DNA of 30,733 bases from Mogibacterium sp. (GCA_017434685.1 JAFREV010000099.1:1-30733); one strand, 5' to 3'; shown: positions 8,538 to 17,548, numbered from the stretch's first letter. Notes: generated by a model from the sequence alone, not told the origin. Translations and numbers: made by a program.

Positions 8538-8757
8538 CTTCAGCAAAAGTATTCAGTCCCAAATTCAGGTGAGAAAAAGGGAAATATAAATCTTCTAAGC
8601 TCTCATCCAAACGGGACAATGAAGAATACAGCTTTGCCAATATTCAGAAGTGACAGCGCCAAAAAGTTTAACTGAGATGTGCGGTTGCCTTAAATAAGAT
8701 TGTTCCCTGCCCTAGGCGGGACAATATATAAAATATTAAAAAAGGAGGACTCTGAAT

Positions 8758-9930
8758 ATGAAGATCGAGAATCTGAGTATGAAGACGAAGATAATTATTG
8801 CACTTATGATGGCTATGGCCCTGGCACTCTCTTGCCTTGCGGCCTGCGGCGCAAAAGGCGAACCTGCAACTGAGGATGCGGGCGGCAGCGACGCAAATGC
8901 CGGAACGATCACCATCACCGACCATGCCGACAAACAGGTCGAGGTACCTACGGAGATCAACAGAATCGCTGTTTGCGACATATTCCCGATTCCGAGTGTA
9001 CTCGCCGTGTTCTTTGATTCGGCAGACAAAATCGTGGGCATGCCTGAACCGAGCAAGACAGCCGCTGAGAACGGACTGCTCGGACAGCTCTATCCTGAAA
9101 TCCTGAACGCGGAGACAGGATACATCGACGGCAGCAATGTTAACATGGAGGAGCTTGCCAAACTCGAGCCGGATGTTGTTATCTACAGCGCGTCCAGCCC
9201 AGAGCTCGGAGAGCAGCTCACAAATGCGGGTTTTGCGGCAGTAGCCATCTCCGTTAATAAATGGAACTACGACTGCATCGAAACCCTGAACAACTGGATC
9301 GACCTGCTGAGCCAGATGTTCCCTGACAGCGACAAGGCTGAACTCGTAAAGACAAGATCCAACGAGATGTACGACATGGTGCAGGAACGCGTCAAAGACA
9401 TTCCGGATGAAGAGAAAGCCAATGCTTTCTTCCTCTTCCAGTACGATGACACAACGCTCCTGACTTCCGGCAAACAGTTCTTTGGTCAGTGGTGGGCTGA
9501 TGCCATCGGTGCCAAGAACGTCGCTGTCGAGCTCGAGAACGACAACTCGGTGCCTGCCAACATGGAGCAGATTTATACATGGAATCCGAATCTCATATTC
9601 ATAACCAACTTCAACAAGTACTATCCGGATGACCTCTACAACAACACGGTGGAAGGTTATGACTGGAGCCCGGTTGAGGCTGTTAAGAACCAGAGAGTTT
9701 ACAAGATGCCGCTCGGCATGTACAGAAGCTACACCCCTGGTGTTGACTGTCCGGTTACTCTGCTTTGGATGGCAAAGACAGCTTATCCGGAAAAATTCGA
9801 GGATGTTGATGTAATCAAAACAACCAAGGATTATTACAAAGAAGTATTCGGTATCGACCTGACTGACGACCAGGCCAAATCCATATTCGAACCGGCACAG
9901 AGTGCAGGCGGCGGCTTCGCGTATCAGTAG
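8758..9930 (+). CDS. ABC transporter substrate-binding lipoprotein, iron-siderophore/cobalamin type (helical-backbone, TroA-like superfamily)
   Basis: Signal peptide with lipobox LAAC; ITITDHADKQVEVPTEINRIA, NMEELAKLEPDVV, NMEQIYTWNPNLIFI and VEAVKNQRVY motifs; RBS AAGGAGG. Confidence 0.9.
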   Translation: MKIENLSMKTKIIIALMMAMALALSCLAACGAKGEPATEDAGGSDANAGTITITDHADKQVEVPTEINRIAVCDIFPIPSVLAVFFDSADKIVGMPEPSKTAAENGLLGQLYPEILNAETGYIDGSNVNMEELAKLEPDVVIYSASSPELGEQLTNAGFAAVAISVNKWNYDCIETLNNWIDLLSQMFPDSDKAELVKTRSNEMYDMVQERVKDIPDEEKANAFFLFQYDDTTLLTSGKQFFGQWWADAIGAKNVAVELENDNSVPANMEQIYTWNPNLIFITNFNKYYPDDLYNNTVEGYDWSPVEAVKNQRVYKMPLGMYRSYTPGVDCPVTLLWMAKTAYPEKFEDVDVIKTTKDYYKEVFGIDLTDDQAKSIFEPAQSAGGGFAYQ

Positions 9931-10037
9931 AGAAAAGGCCATCAGCAAAGGCCTGTCCAAATAGAAGGACAAAGGCAAAGGCCGGCGCAGATTAAAAACC
10001 AATAGTCATCTACAAAGACTAAGGCAAATATTCAAAG

Positions 10038-10070
10038 AGAAAGAGGCGGATATAACGCCTCTTTCTTGGT
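10038..10070 (+). terminator. Rho-independent terminator
   Basis: AGAAAGAGGCG-GATATAA-CGCCTCTTTCT, an 11-bp perfect stem downstream of the SBP gene. Confidence 0.75.
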
Positions 10071-10202
10071 ATTAGTATTTGTAATATCAAGCATGAAAAA
10101 CTCCCATTTTACAGGCTCTGCGGTGTGTGTTAATTTGTTGTCAGAAACAAACAGCAGTACAAACTGCAATTTCAAATACACATTCTAACAGGAGGAATAG
10201 TC

Positions 10203-10286
10203 ATGTTATACGTAGTAGGAATCGTAGTAGTAACCGGTATCATCACATATTTCTATGAGACACACACACCGGATTCAACAAAATAA
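10203..10286 (+). CDS. Small hydrophobic peptide (27 aa, one predicted TM), absent from the ORF track
   Basis: AGGAGG ends 7 nt before the ATG; MLYVVGIVVVTGIITYFYETHTPDSTK; a similar sORF lies at 29894. Confidence 0.6.
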   Translation: MLYVVGIVVVTGIITYFYETHTPDSTK

Positions 10287-10339
10287 GCATCTCCTTACTT
10301 AAGAGAAACTCATTACAAAAACTAAAGTAAAGATTGAAG

Positions 10340-10369
10340 AAAAAACCCGCTTGTAGAAGCGGGCCTTTT
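10340..10369. terminator. Bidirectional terminator between the sORF and LysR
   Basis: AAAAAA-CCCGCTT-GTAG-AAGCGGG-CCTTTT. Confidence 0.75.
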
Positions 10370-10371
10370 CT

Positions 10372-11238
10372 TTATTTGATATTCTCTTTTATATACTTGA
10401 TTACGAATCTCGTCAGCGGCCCCGCATCAGCGAGGGACTTTAAGGCTATGCCCATAGTCCTGTATGAGTCAGGCTCGAGCTTCCTGGCTTCGTACTTGCC
10501 CGGGAACTCGCTGATTGTAAGCTGAGGTATAATGGCCAGTCCCAAACCTTTTTGCACCATCGAGAGGACGGCGAAGTCGTCTCTTGAGAAGTATTTAACC
10601 TCAGGTATAAAGCCCGCTTTCTCAAATATCCTATACGGGTCCAGGTCGTAGCTTTCATAGGTCATAATGAAAGGCTGCTTCTTGAGTTTGCTGATCGGAA
10701 CGGATTCGAGGCGTGCCAATTTATGTCCGGGTGGCATAACCACCAGCATAGGATCTTCGAGTATAGGAATGAAGTCAATGTTCGGTTTTCTGGGATCGCT
10801 CATAAGTGCCATATCCAGAGAGCCGTCCATAATACCGTGAAGCATCTCCTCATGCCCGATCTCTTCTATACGAAATACCACATCGGGATAGTTGTTCTGA
10901 AAGTACTGCAATATTTGCGGCACCCAGTAAACCGACGTACTCGGAAAGGAGCCTATTCTGAGATTGCCCTTGCGCAGGCCCTGTATTTCGGCCATTTCCT
11001 GATTGAGCTTCTCTTCGCATCTTATGAGTTCTCTCATGGCGGGCAGGAGAATCTTAGCTTCGTTTGTAGCCTCCACGCCCCTGTTGGTTTTGACCAGCAA
11101 AGGAAATCCTATCTCTTCCTCGTAGGCTTTCATGGCCTGGGTGAGATAAGACTGTGTATAGCCGAGCATTTCTCCGGCCTTGGTGAGGCTTCCCTGCTCA
11201 ATTGCAGTTATTAGGACTTTAATTCTTTGTGTATTCAA
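10372..11238 (-). CDS. LysR-family transcriptional regulator
   Basis: N-terminal HTH (GSLTKAGEMLGYTQSYLTQAMKAYEEEIGFPLL), then GNLRIGSFPS and MVQKGLGLAIIP; TTG start with a GGAG RBS. Confidence 0.95.
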   Translation of the reverse strand: MNTQRIKVLITAIEQGSLTKAGEMLGYTQSYLTQAMKAYEEEIGFPLLVKTNRGVEATNEAKILLPAMRELIRCEEKLNQEMAEIQGLRKGNLRIGSFPSTSVYWVPQILQYFQNNYPDVVFRIEEIGHEEMLHGIMDGSLDMALMSDPRKPNIDFIPILEDPMLVVMPPGHKLARLESVPISKLKKQPFIMTYESYDLDPYRIFEKAGFIPEVKYFSRDDFAVLSMVQKGLGLAIIPQLTISEFPGKYEARKLEPDSYRTMGIALKSLADAGPLTRFVIKYIKENIK

Positions 11239-11361
11239 GTTTTTCTCCGTTCGATTTTAAGCTGTGTTGTTATTCAGATTGTACTTTTATTGTGCGATGC
11301 AGTCAAAACAAGATATGCAGAAATCGCAAAACCATATTTGCTTTTGTGCTAAAATATATCC

Positions 11362-11736
11362 ATGGTAGATATAGACAGATTCTTTGAATTGCTGACCGAG
11401 GTATGCGAGGAGCTGCCGGATGAATTCTTTCGCGAGCTGCACCAGGGAGTGTTGCTTTCGGAAGCGCTTAAGATATCTCCTTATGCGAGAAGCGAGGACC
11501 TCTATATAATGGGTGAATACAGGCGCGCGTACTACGGCAACCAAATTACGATATATTACGGCTCGTTCGAAAAAGCGTATGTACATATTGATGAAGAGGC
11601 TCTCAAAGACAAACTACGCGAGACTGTGAGGCACGAGTTCCGACATCACATGGAGCACCTCTCCGGCATGTACGGAGCTGACTCGCTCGAGCGCGAAGAC
11701 CGGATTCAGATGAGACGTTATCTCAGAGGGGAATAG
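11362..11736 (+). CDS. Minimal zincin-like metallopeptidase-family protein
   Basis: 124 aa with LPDEFF..L, ITIYYGSF and TVRHEFRHH (HEXXH). Confidence 0.8.
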   Translation: MVDIDRFFELLTEVCEELPDEFFRELHQGVLLSEALKISPYARSEDLYIMGEYRRAYYGNQITIYYGSFEKAYVHIDEEALKDKLRETVRHEFRHHMEHLSGMYGADSLEREDRIQMRRYLRGE

Positions 11737-11749
11737 GAATTCCATTAGT

Positions 11750-13315
11750 ATGAAAGCACTTAAGGCAAATTGCAGAATCGCAAAGATGAATCGCCGCATC
11801 AAATATGCTGCGTTGCTTGTTGTGCTCATTGCGCTGGCGCTGTCGCTTTCGACCTGTGCAAATAAAAAAGAAGCGATTACTTCCGTATCGCAGCTTAATG
11901 ATCCGAACATTACAATCGGAGTAGCGCAGGACACAGCTGAGGGGAAACTGGTCGAAAAAGATTATCCGAAAGCCAATATCCAATATATAAGAGGAGAGGT
12001 AGAAGCTTACACCTCTGTTTCTCAAGGAAAGATAGACGCCTTTATTTTCAATAAGGTGACCATGCAAACAGCGATGGTCAATGGCCTTACCGGAGTCAGA
12101 ATTCTGGATGAAAGCGTGGGGGAACCTGTCTACAGTGGAGTGGCATTCTCACCTGTGACCAAGGTCCCGGACCTGGAGAACAGTGTAAATGCTTTTGTTG
12201 ATGAGCTTACTGCCGACGGCACGCTTGATGAAATGACTAAACGCTGGATAGGTACTGCAGACGCGAAAATGCCGAACATACCGAAGCCGAGTAATCCCCA
12301 AAAGCATGTCGTAATCGGAACTACGGGTGCAAACATGCCGTATACTTACTACTCCGGAACCGATCTTACGGGATATGACATAGAGCTCGCTTACAGATTT
12401 GCACTTTGGTTTGATGCGTCAATCGAGTTTAAAGTATATGATTACAGCGGAATTGTCCCGGCGGCACAGAGTGGAGACATAGATTGCATATTTGCGAACA
12501 TGTTTATAACTCCGGAGCGTCAGGAAGCATTGCATTTCTCGCATCCTACCAGCAAAAGCGATATCGGCGTGATGGTAAAAGATGACAGCGCAGCCAATCC
12601 GATTGGAAATATTCGAAACAGCTTCTACAAGACCTTTGTACGCGAAGGCAGGTACAGGCTTTTCATAAAAGGAATAGGCATGACTTTATTGATAACCATT
12701 CTGGCTGTCCTTTGCGGCAGTATACTGGGGTTTTCAATATTCATGGCCTGCAGGCGCGGCAACCGGATAGCAAACGGATTTGCCCGTACATTTAATTGGC
12801 TGATGAACGGAATGCCTATAGTTGTGCTGTTGATGATACTGTACTATATCGTTTTTGCATCGACGGATATACCGGGATCGATTGTTGCGGCGTTAGCATT
12901 CACCTTGACTTTTGGCGCTGAGGTTTACAGCATGTTGAGAACCGCTGTCGGTACTATTGACATTGGTCAGACAGAAGCCGCTTACACTCTCGGATACACA
13001 GACTTGAAGGCGTTTTTCAGACACATATTGCCGCAGGCGATGCCGCATTTTATGCCTCCGTATAAGGCCGCTTTGGTCAATCTCGTAAAAGCCACATCGA
13101 TAGTAGGATACGTAGGGGTGCAGGATTTGACAAAGGTGGCAGATATCGTAAGGAGCAGAACTTACGAAGCATTCTTCCCGCTTATTGCAATTGCCGTAAT
13201 CTATTTCATACTGGCCGGCATACTTGTGTTCTTTATAGATCGCCTCATGAACAAGCTCGATCCTACAAAGCGCAAAGCAGAGGATATTTTGAAAGGGGTC
13301 AGAACTCATGATTGA
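11750..13315 (+). CDS. Polar amino-acid ABC transporter: substrate-binding domain fused to permease (GlnP-like)
   Basis: SBP_bac_3 motifs (GYDIELA, ITPERQEALHFS, GTLDEMTKRW) and a HisM-type TMD with the EAA loop GQTEAAYTLG. Alternative start ATG 11786. Confidence 0.92.
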   Translation: MKALKANCRIAKMNRRIKYAALLVVLIALALSLSTCANKKEAITSVSQLNDPNITIGVAQDTAEGKLVEKDYPKANIQYIRGEVEAYTSVSQGKIDAFIFNKVTMQTAMVNGLTGVRILDESVGEPVYSGVAFSPVTKVPDLENSVNAFVDELTADGTLDEMTKRWIGTADAKMPNIPKPSNPQKHVVIGTTGANMPYTYYSGTDLTGYDIELAYRFALWFDASIEFKVYDYSGIVPAAQSGDIDCIFANMFITPERQEALHFSHPTSKSDIGVMVKDDSAANPIGNIRNSFYKTFVREGRYRLFIKGIGMTLLITILAVLCGSILGFSIFMACRRGNRIANGFARTFNWLMNGMPIVVLLMILYYIVFASTDIPGSIVAALAFTLTFGAEVYSMLRTAVGTIDIGQTEAAYTLGYTDLKAFFRHILPQAMPHFMPPYKAALVNLVKATSIVGYVGVQDLTKVADIVRSRTYEAFFPLIAIAVIYFILAGILVFFIDRLMNKLDPTKRKAEDILKGVRTHD

Positions 13316-14411
13316 ACTTGTGCACCTCGAGAAAAAATACGAACAGACGACGCCTCTGAAAGATGTAAACACAGTCATTAACGATGGGGATGTTATCTCA
13401 ATCATCGGTCCGTCCGGAACCGGAAAATCGACTCTTATCCGATGCATAAATCTTTTGGACAGGCCGACCGGCGGCAAAATCATTCTGAATGGCGAGGAGA
13501 TAACAGCTCCCGGGTATCCAGTGGAGAAGGCTCGCAGAAAGATGGGAATGGTTTTCCAGTCGTTTAACCTGTTCGGACATCTCACCGTAATAGAGAACTT
13601 GATGGCGGCACCGATGGATATATTGCGCAAATCGAAACAGGAGGCTTATGACACGGGAGTCGAACTTTTGAAACGAGTCGGACTCTCGGGAAGGGAACTC
13701 CGGTACCCGCACCAGCTTTCAGGCGGACAGAAACAGAGAGTTGCAATTGCCAGGACTCTTGCGATGGACCCTGAAATCATATTGTTCGACGAGCCTACGA
13801 GTGCTCTCGACCCCGGCATGGTGGGCGAAGTGCAGTCTGTTATACGAGATTTGTCGCAGACGGGCAAAACCCTGATGATAGTCACCCATGAGATGAGCTT
13901 CGCACGTGCGATATGCAACCGCGTTTTCTACATGGATCAGGGTGGAATCTATGAGGACGGAAGTCCGGAGCAAATCTTCGACGATCCGAAAGGAGAACTG
14001 ACGAGGAGATTTATCAGAAAACTCAAGCTTCTGGAGCTTGAGATCGACAGCACGGAATTTGACTTCGCGCTTGCAAGCGGAGAAATCGATAAATACTGCC
14101 TGCAGAATGACGTCCCTCCACGCACAAAATACAGAATCAGGCTGGCATTTGAGGAACTGGTGCAGCAATTGCTGATGCCTGTATTAAAAAGGACCGCTGT
14201 TCATGTGACCGTCGAGTACTCTCCCGTGGAAATGCAGACGAGAGTGACTGCATCCTATGGTGGGGAGCGCTTCGATCCCGCAGAGGGCGGTAACGATCTC
14301 TCGTACAATGTGCTGAAATCTTCCGTGGAGGATCTGAGCTATGAGTACGACCTGAATGAAGAGAAGTCCAATATCGTAAATCTTGTTATTAAGGAATCAA
14401 AGGATATGTAG
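13308..14411 (+). CDS. Polar amino-acid ABC ATPase (GlnQ-like) with an extra ~125-aa C-terminal domain
   Basis: GPSGTGKST, LSGGQKQRVAIAR, ILFDEPTSALDP and VTHEM; 8-nt overlap with the permease gene. Confidence 0.92.
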   Translation: MIELVHLEKKYEQTTPLKDVNTVINDGDVISIIGPSGTGKSTLIRCINLLDRPTGGKIILNGEEITAPGYPVEKARRKMGMVFQSFNLFGHLTVIENLMAAPMDILRKSKQEAYDTGVELLKRVGLSGRELRYPHQLSGGQKQRVAIARTLAMDPEIILFDEPTSALDPGMVGEVQSVIRDLSQTGKTLMIVTHEMSFARAICNRVFYMDQGGIYEDGSPEQIFDDPKGELTRRFIRKLKLLELEIDSTEFDFALASGEIDKYCLQNDVPPRTKYRIRLAFEELVQQLLMPVLKRTAVHVTVEYSPVEMQTRVTASYGGERFDPAEGGNDLSYNVLKSSVEDLSYEYDLNEEKSNIVNLVIKESKDM

Positions 14412-15278
14412 CTACTTCTTGCAGGCCTCGCAAAGCGACGGCGACACCGCGCAGCCGCCGCGTCCTGTCTCACGAAGGCTCGAAGGAAGAGCGTGGCCCA
14501 CATCCGTCACTATTTCAGTCATTTCATCGAGCGGTATGCTTATACCGGCATCCGCAAGAGCGAGCTCCGCGGCTGTATATGCGCCGACGGCACCTATCGC
14601 ATTTCTGGTCTGGCACGGCACTTCAACAAGTCCGCGCACCGGGTCGCATACCAGACCTAGGAGATTTGAAAGGGCGATGCTCGCAGCCTTGCAGCATTGC
14701 TCCGGCGTACCGCCGATCATCTCCACAAGGGCGGAGGCCGCCATGGCCGACGCCGATCCGACCTCTGCCTGGCATCCTGCCTCGGCACCCGAGACCGAGC
14801 CGTTTCTGGTCAGTATATATCCGATTGCGCTCGCGTTTAAGAATCCGCTTCTGATGGTTTCCACGCTGACGTTATGCTCCTGAAAATATGAGAGCAAAAC
14901 CGCCGGCAGCACTCCGGCAGATCCCGCCGTCGGAGCGGCTATGATCTTACCCATGCTGGCATTTGTCTCAGACACCGCAAGAGCGGCGACTATGGCCTTG
15001 TGAATGGCCGGGCCACATACTGCCCTGGACTCATCGAGCTCATAGACTTTCTTGGCCTCTCCGCCAAGAAGTCCTCCCATCGAGGGGACTGGATCCGAAA
15101 CAGCCTTGTCCACTGCGACATCCATAACGCGCAGGCTCTCGTCCACATGTCTCAGAATATATTCTCTTCCGACCTGACCAAGCTGCATCTCACGCCTGAT
15201 CATGACTTCGGATATGGGCAGATCGTGCTTGCTGCAGAGTTTAAGTAATCCTTCCGTATTTTTAAAATCCCAGCTCAT
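14412..15278 (-). CDS. sdaA: L-serine dehydratase, Fe-S-dependent, alpha subunit
   Basis: IIAAPTAGSAGVLP, SGAEAGCQAEVGSASAMAA, LGLVCDPVRGLVEVPC..RN and SLRETGRGG; RBS AAGGAGG. Confidence 0.95.
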   Translation of the reverse strand: MSWDFKNTEGLLKLCSKHDLPISEVMIRREMQLGQVGREYILRHVDESLRVMDVAVDKAVSDPVPSMGGLLGGEAKKVYELDESRAVCGPAIHKAIVAALAVSETNASMGKIIAAPTAGSAGVLPAVLLSYFQEHNVSVETIRSGFLNASAIGYILTRNGSVSGAEAGCQAEVGSASAMAASALVEMIGGTPEQCCKAASIALSNLLGLVCDPVRGLVEVPCQTRNAIGAVGAYTAAELALADAGISIPLDEMTEIVTDVGHALPSSLRETGRGGCAVSPSLCEACKK

Positions 15279-15289
15279 TACATTCCTCC

Positions 15290-15964
15290 TTACAGCTCTA
15301 TCATATCCACGTCTTTTACGGTTTCGTACTGCGTGACTTTCTCGACGACATCATCGGGGATAAAGCCCTCGGTCTCAACCACCGTGATCGCAGTTTTTCC
15401 ATCGTCCTCGCGGAAACTCCTGAGATTGGCAATATTGACCTTTTGCTCTGCAAGGCAGGTGGTGATATATGCGATAGTGCCCGACTTGTTGAGGTGGCTG
15501 ACTATCATGGTGCAGAATTCCCCTGTGAAGTCAACGTCGATATTGTTCATCCGGACGATTCTGACACGGCCGCCCCCGACGGACTCTCCGCGGATGAGCA
15601 GGCTCTTTCCGTCCTCTGATTCCATCAGAATATCCACGGTGTTCGGATGGCTTACTTCCGTCTTTTTGTCGATGATGAAGTCGACCGTTAGACCCTCATT
15701 TTTTGCATCCTCATAAGCATTCCTTATGCGTGCATCGTTGGATCTGTATCCGAGCATACCTCCGATAAGAGCTCTGTCCGTTCCGTGCCCTTTATAGGTT
15801 TCGGCAAACGAACCATAAAGCGTATAATTGACTTTAACCGGCCTGGCCGAAAAAACCTGCCGCGCCATCCATGCGATGCTGGCAGCTCCCGAGGTGTGGG
15901 AACTGGACGGTCCGATCATTGCAGGACCCATAACGTCGAAAATTCCGATATAATTCTTGGGCAT
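15290..15964 (-). CDS. sdaB: L-serine dehydratase, Fe-S-dependent, beta subunit (with C-terminal ACT domain)
   Basis: FDVMGPAMIGPSSSHTSGA, YGSFAETYKGHGTDRALIGG, HPNT and GESVGGG. The start was moved to ATG 15964 because GGAGG lies within the first codons of the track ORF. Confidence 0.93.
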   Translation of the reverse strand: MPKNYIGIFDVMGPAMIGPSSSHTSGAASIAWMARQVFSARPVKVNYTLYGSFAETYKGHGTDRALIGGMLGYRSNDARIRNAYEDAKNEGLTVDFIIDKKTEVSHPNTVDILMESEDGKSLLIRGESVGGGRVRIVRMNNIDVDFTGEFCTMIVSHLNKSGTIAYITTCLAEQKVNIANLRSFREDDGKTAITVVETEGFIPDDVVEKVTQYETVKDVDMIEL

Positions 15965-16090
15965 ACGCACCTCCATCAGTTACTACATCATTATTATACA
16001 CACTGCCGGCAGTATATGTAGTCTTTTTAAGTTCATATAAGGAAACGGCGCTATCATCCACTTAGCAAGTAACAGGAAGGAGATATAATA

Positions 16091-17548
16091 ATGAACTTCA
16101 GACTGAAAAAAGGAAAAAGATTACTGGCTGCGGGTACCGCAGCGATGATGATATTCTCAATGACGGCATGCTCGGGGGCGGAGACTGCGCAGGAAGCGGC
16201 AGAAAAGGCCGCTGAATATCTCAGCAAGGAAGACATCACGGTCAATGAAACTTTTGAGAACAGCGCTGACGGCGGGCACGCCATTGAGGTAAGCGGAGAA
16301 GAAAAGGAATATGCCAACATAGGCGTTACCAAGACGGGCGAAGCCGACGGAGACGAAGCAGATTTCTACGGTGAAAACTCCGCGGTGTTCACAACAGAGA
16401 AAGGAACTCTGACCGTCAAGGACTCTCTCATTGAGACAAACGGCACACACGCAAATGCAGTCTTCTCATACGGAGAAGGGACGACCGTAAACATTTCGGA
16501 TTCCGTAATAGAGACGCAGGGCAATTGCTCGGGCGGCCTGATGACAACAGGCGGTGGCACCATGAATGCAAGCAATCTGACCATCAACACCTCAGGCAAC
16601 TCATCGGCTGCCATCAGATCCGACAGAGGCGGCGGGGATGTCAACGTCAGCAAGGGATACTACAAGACCACGGGCAAGGGTTCGCCGGTCATCTATTCGA
16701 CAGCGGACATCACAGTGGATGATGCATACCTGGAGTCCGCATCCTCGCAGGGCGTTGTGGTCGAAGGAAAGAACTCGGTAACGCTCAACAACGACACGCT
16801 GGTTGCCGACAACAACTCAAAAAACAGCGACAAATCCGACTACTACCAGGCAGTCATGATCTACCAGTCGATGTCGGGAGATGCGGCAGAGGGCACATCG
16901 TCATTTACGGCAAACGGCGGCAGCATCACCAACAAGAACGGGGATATATTCTTTGTAAACAATACCGCGACCGAGATTTCGCTCAGCGGCGTTGAGATAA
17001 CAAACGAAGACAGCGAAGGAAACTTCCTCAGAGCCGAAGCAGCAGGCTGGGGAAACGAAGGCTCAAACGGCGGCAAGGTTAACCTAAATGCAAGCGGGCA
17101 GATCATCGAGGGAAATATCATCGTGGATGATGTATCGACGCTTAATATGTACCTGAAGGATAAATCGGCATACACCGGCGCCATCAATACCGACGGACAA
17201 AAGGGCGATGTCTATGTCGAGATAGAGGACGGCAGCACATGGATGCTGACTGCGGACTCTTATGTAAGCGGACTGACAGTATCCAAGGGATCCGCCATCA
17301 ATCTGAACGGACACAAGCTCTATGTGGACGGAAAGGAATATACAGAAGGCTCTACGTCAACAGGCACTGCCTTTGAAATAAAGAGCGAAAGCAGCGGAAA
17401 CGGCGGAGCACCTGACGCCACTCCGGGAGAAGGCAGCGGCGGCACGGGAGGAGAAAAGCCTAGCGGCACCCCGCCTGAAAAACCAGGCGGTGACAGCGCA
17501 GGCGGAAGCAAACCAAGCGGCGCTCCGCCCGAAAAACCGGCTTCATAA
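16091..17548 (+). CDS. Uncharacterised lipoprotein with probable right-handed beta-helix repeats and a Pro/Gly-rich tail
   Basis: Lipobox MTAC; recurring I.T.G..S/A.A/G turns (ANAVFSYG, SGGLMTTGGG, SAAIRSDRGGG); C-terminal KPSGxPPEKP twice. Confidence 0.7.
   Translation: MNFRLKKGKRLLAAGTAAMMIFSMTACSGAETAQEAAEKAAEYLSKEDITVNETFENSADGGHAIEVSGEEKEYANIGVTKTGEADGDEADFYGENSAVFTTEKGTLTVKDSLIETNGTHANAVFSYGEGTTVNISDSVIETQGNCSGGLMTTGGGTMNASNLTINTSGNSSAAIRSDRGGGDVNVSKGYYKTTGKGSPVIYSTADITVDDAYLESASSQGVVVEGKNSVTLNNDTLVADNNSKNSDKSDYYQAVMIYQSMSGDAAEGTSSFTANGGSITNKNGDIFFVNNTATEISLSGVEITNEDSEGNFLRAEAAGWGNEGSNGGKVNLNASGQIIEGNIIVDDVSTLNMYLKDKSAYTGAINTDGQKGDVYVEIEDGSTWMLTADSYVSGLTVSKGSAINLNGHKLYVDGKEYTEGSTSTGTAFEIKSESSGNGGAPDATPGEGSGGTGGEKPSGTPPEKPGGDSAGGSKPSGAPPEKPAS

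Noticed and set aside
8668-10002. 444-aa minus-strand ORF
   Set aside because: It is an antisense shadow of the lipoprotein gene and has no recognisable motifs.
10096-10107. AAAAACTCCCAT, identical to the right end of element copy B
   Set aside because: There is no ATRYAT half-site at the required 23-bp spacing and no left end nearby; it may be chance or a solo remnant.
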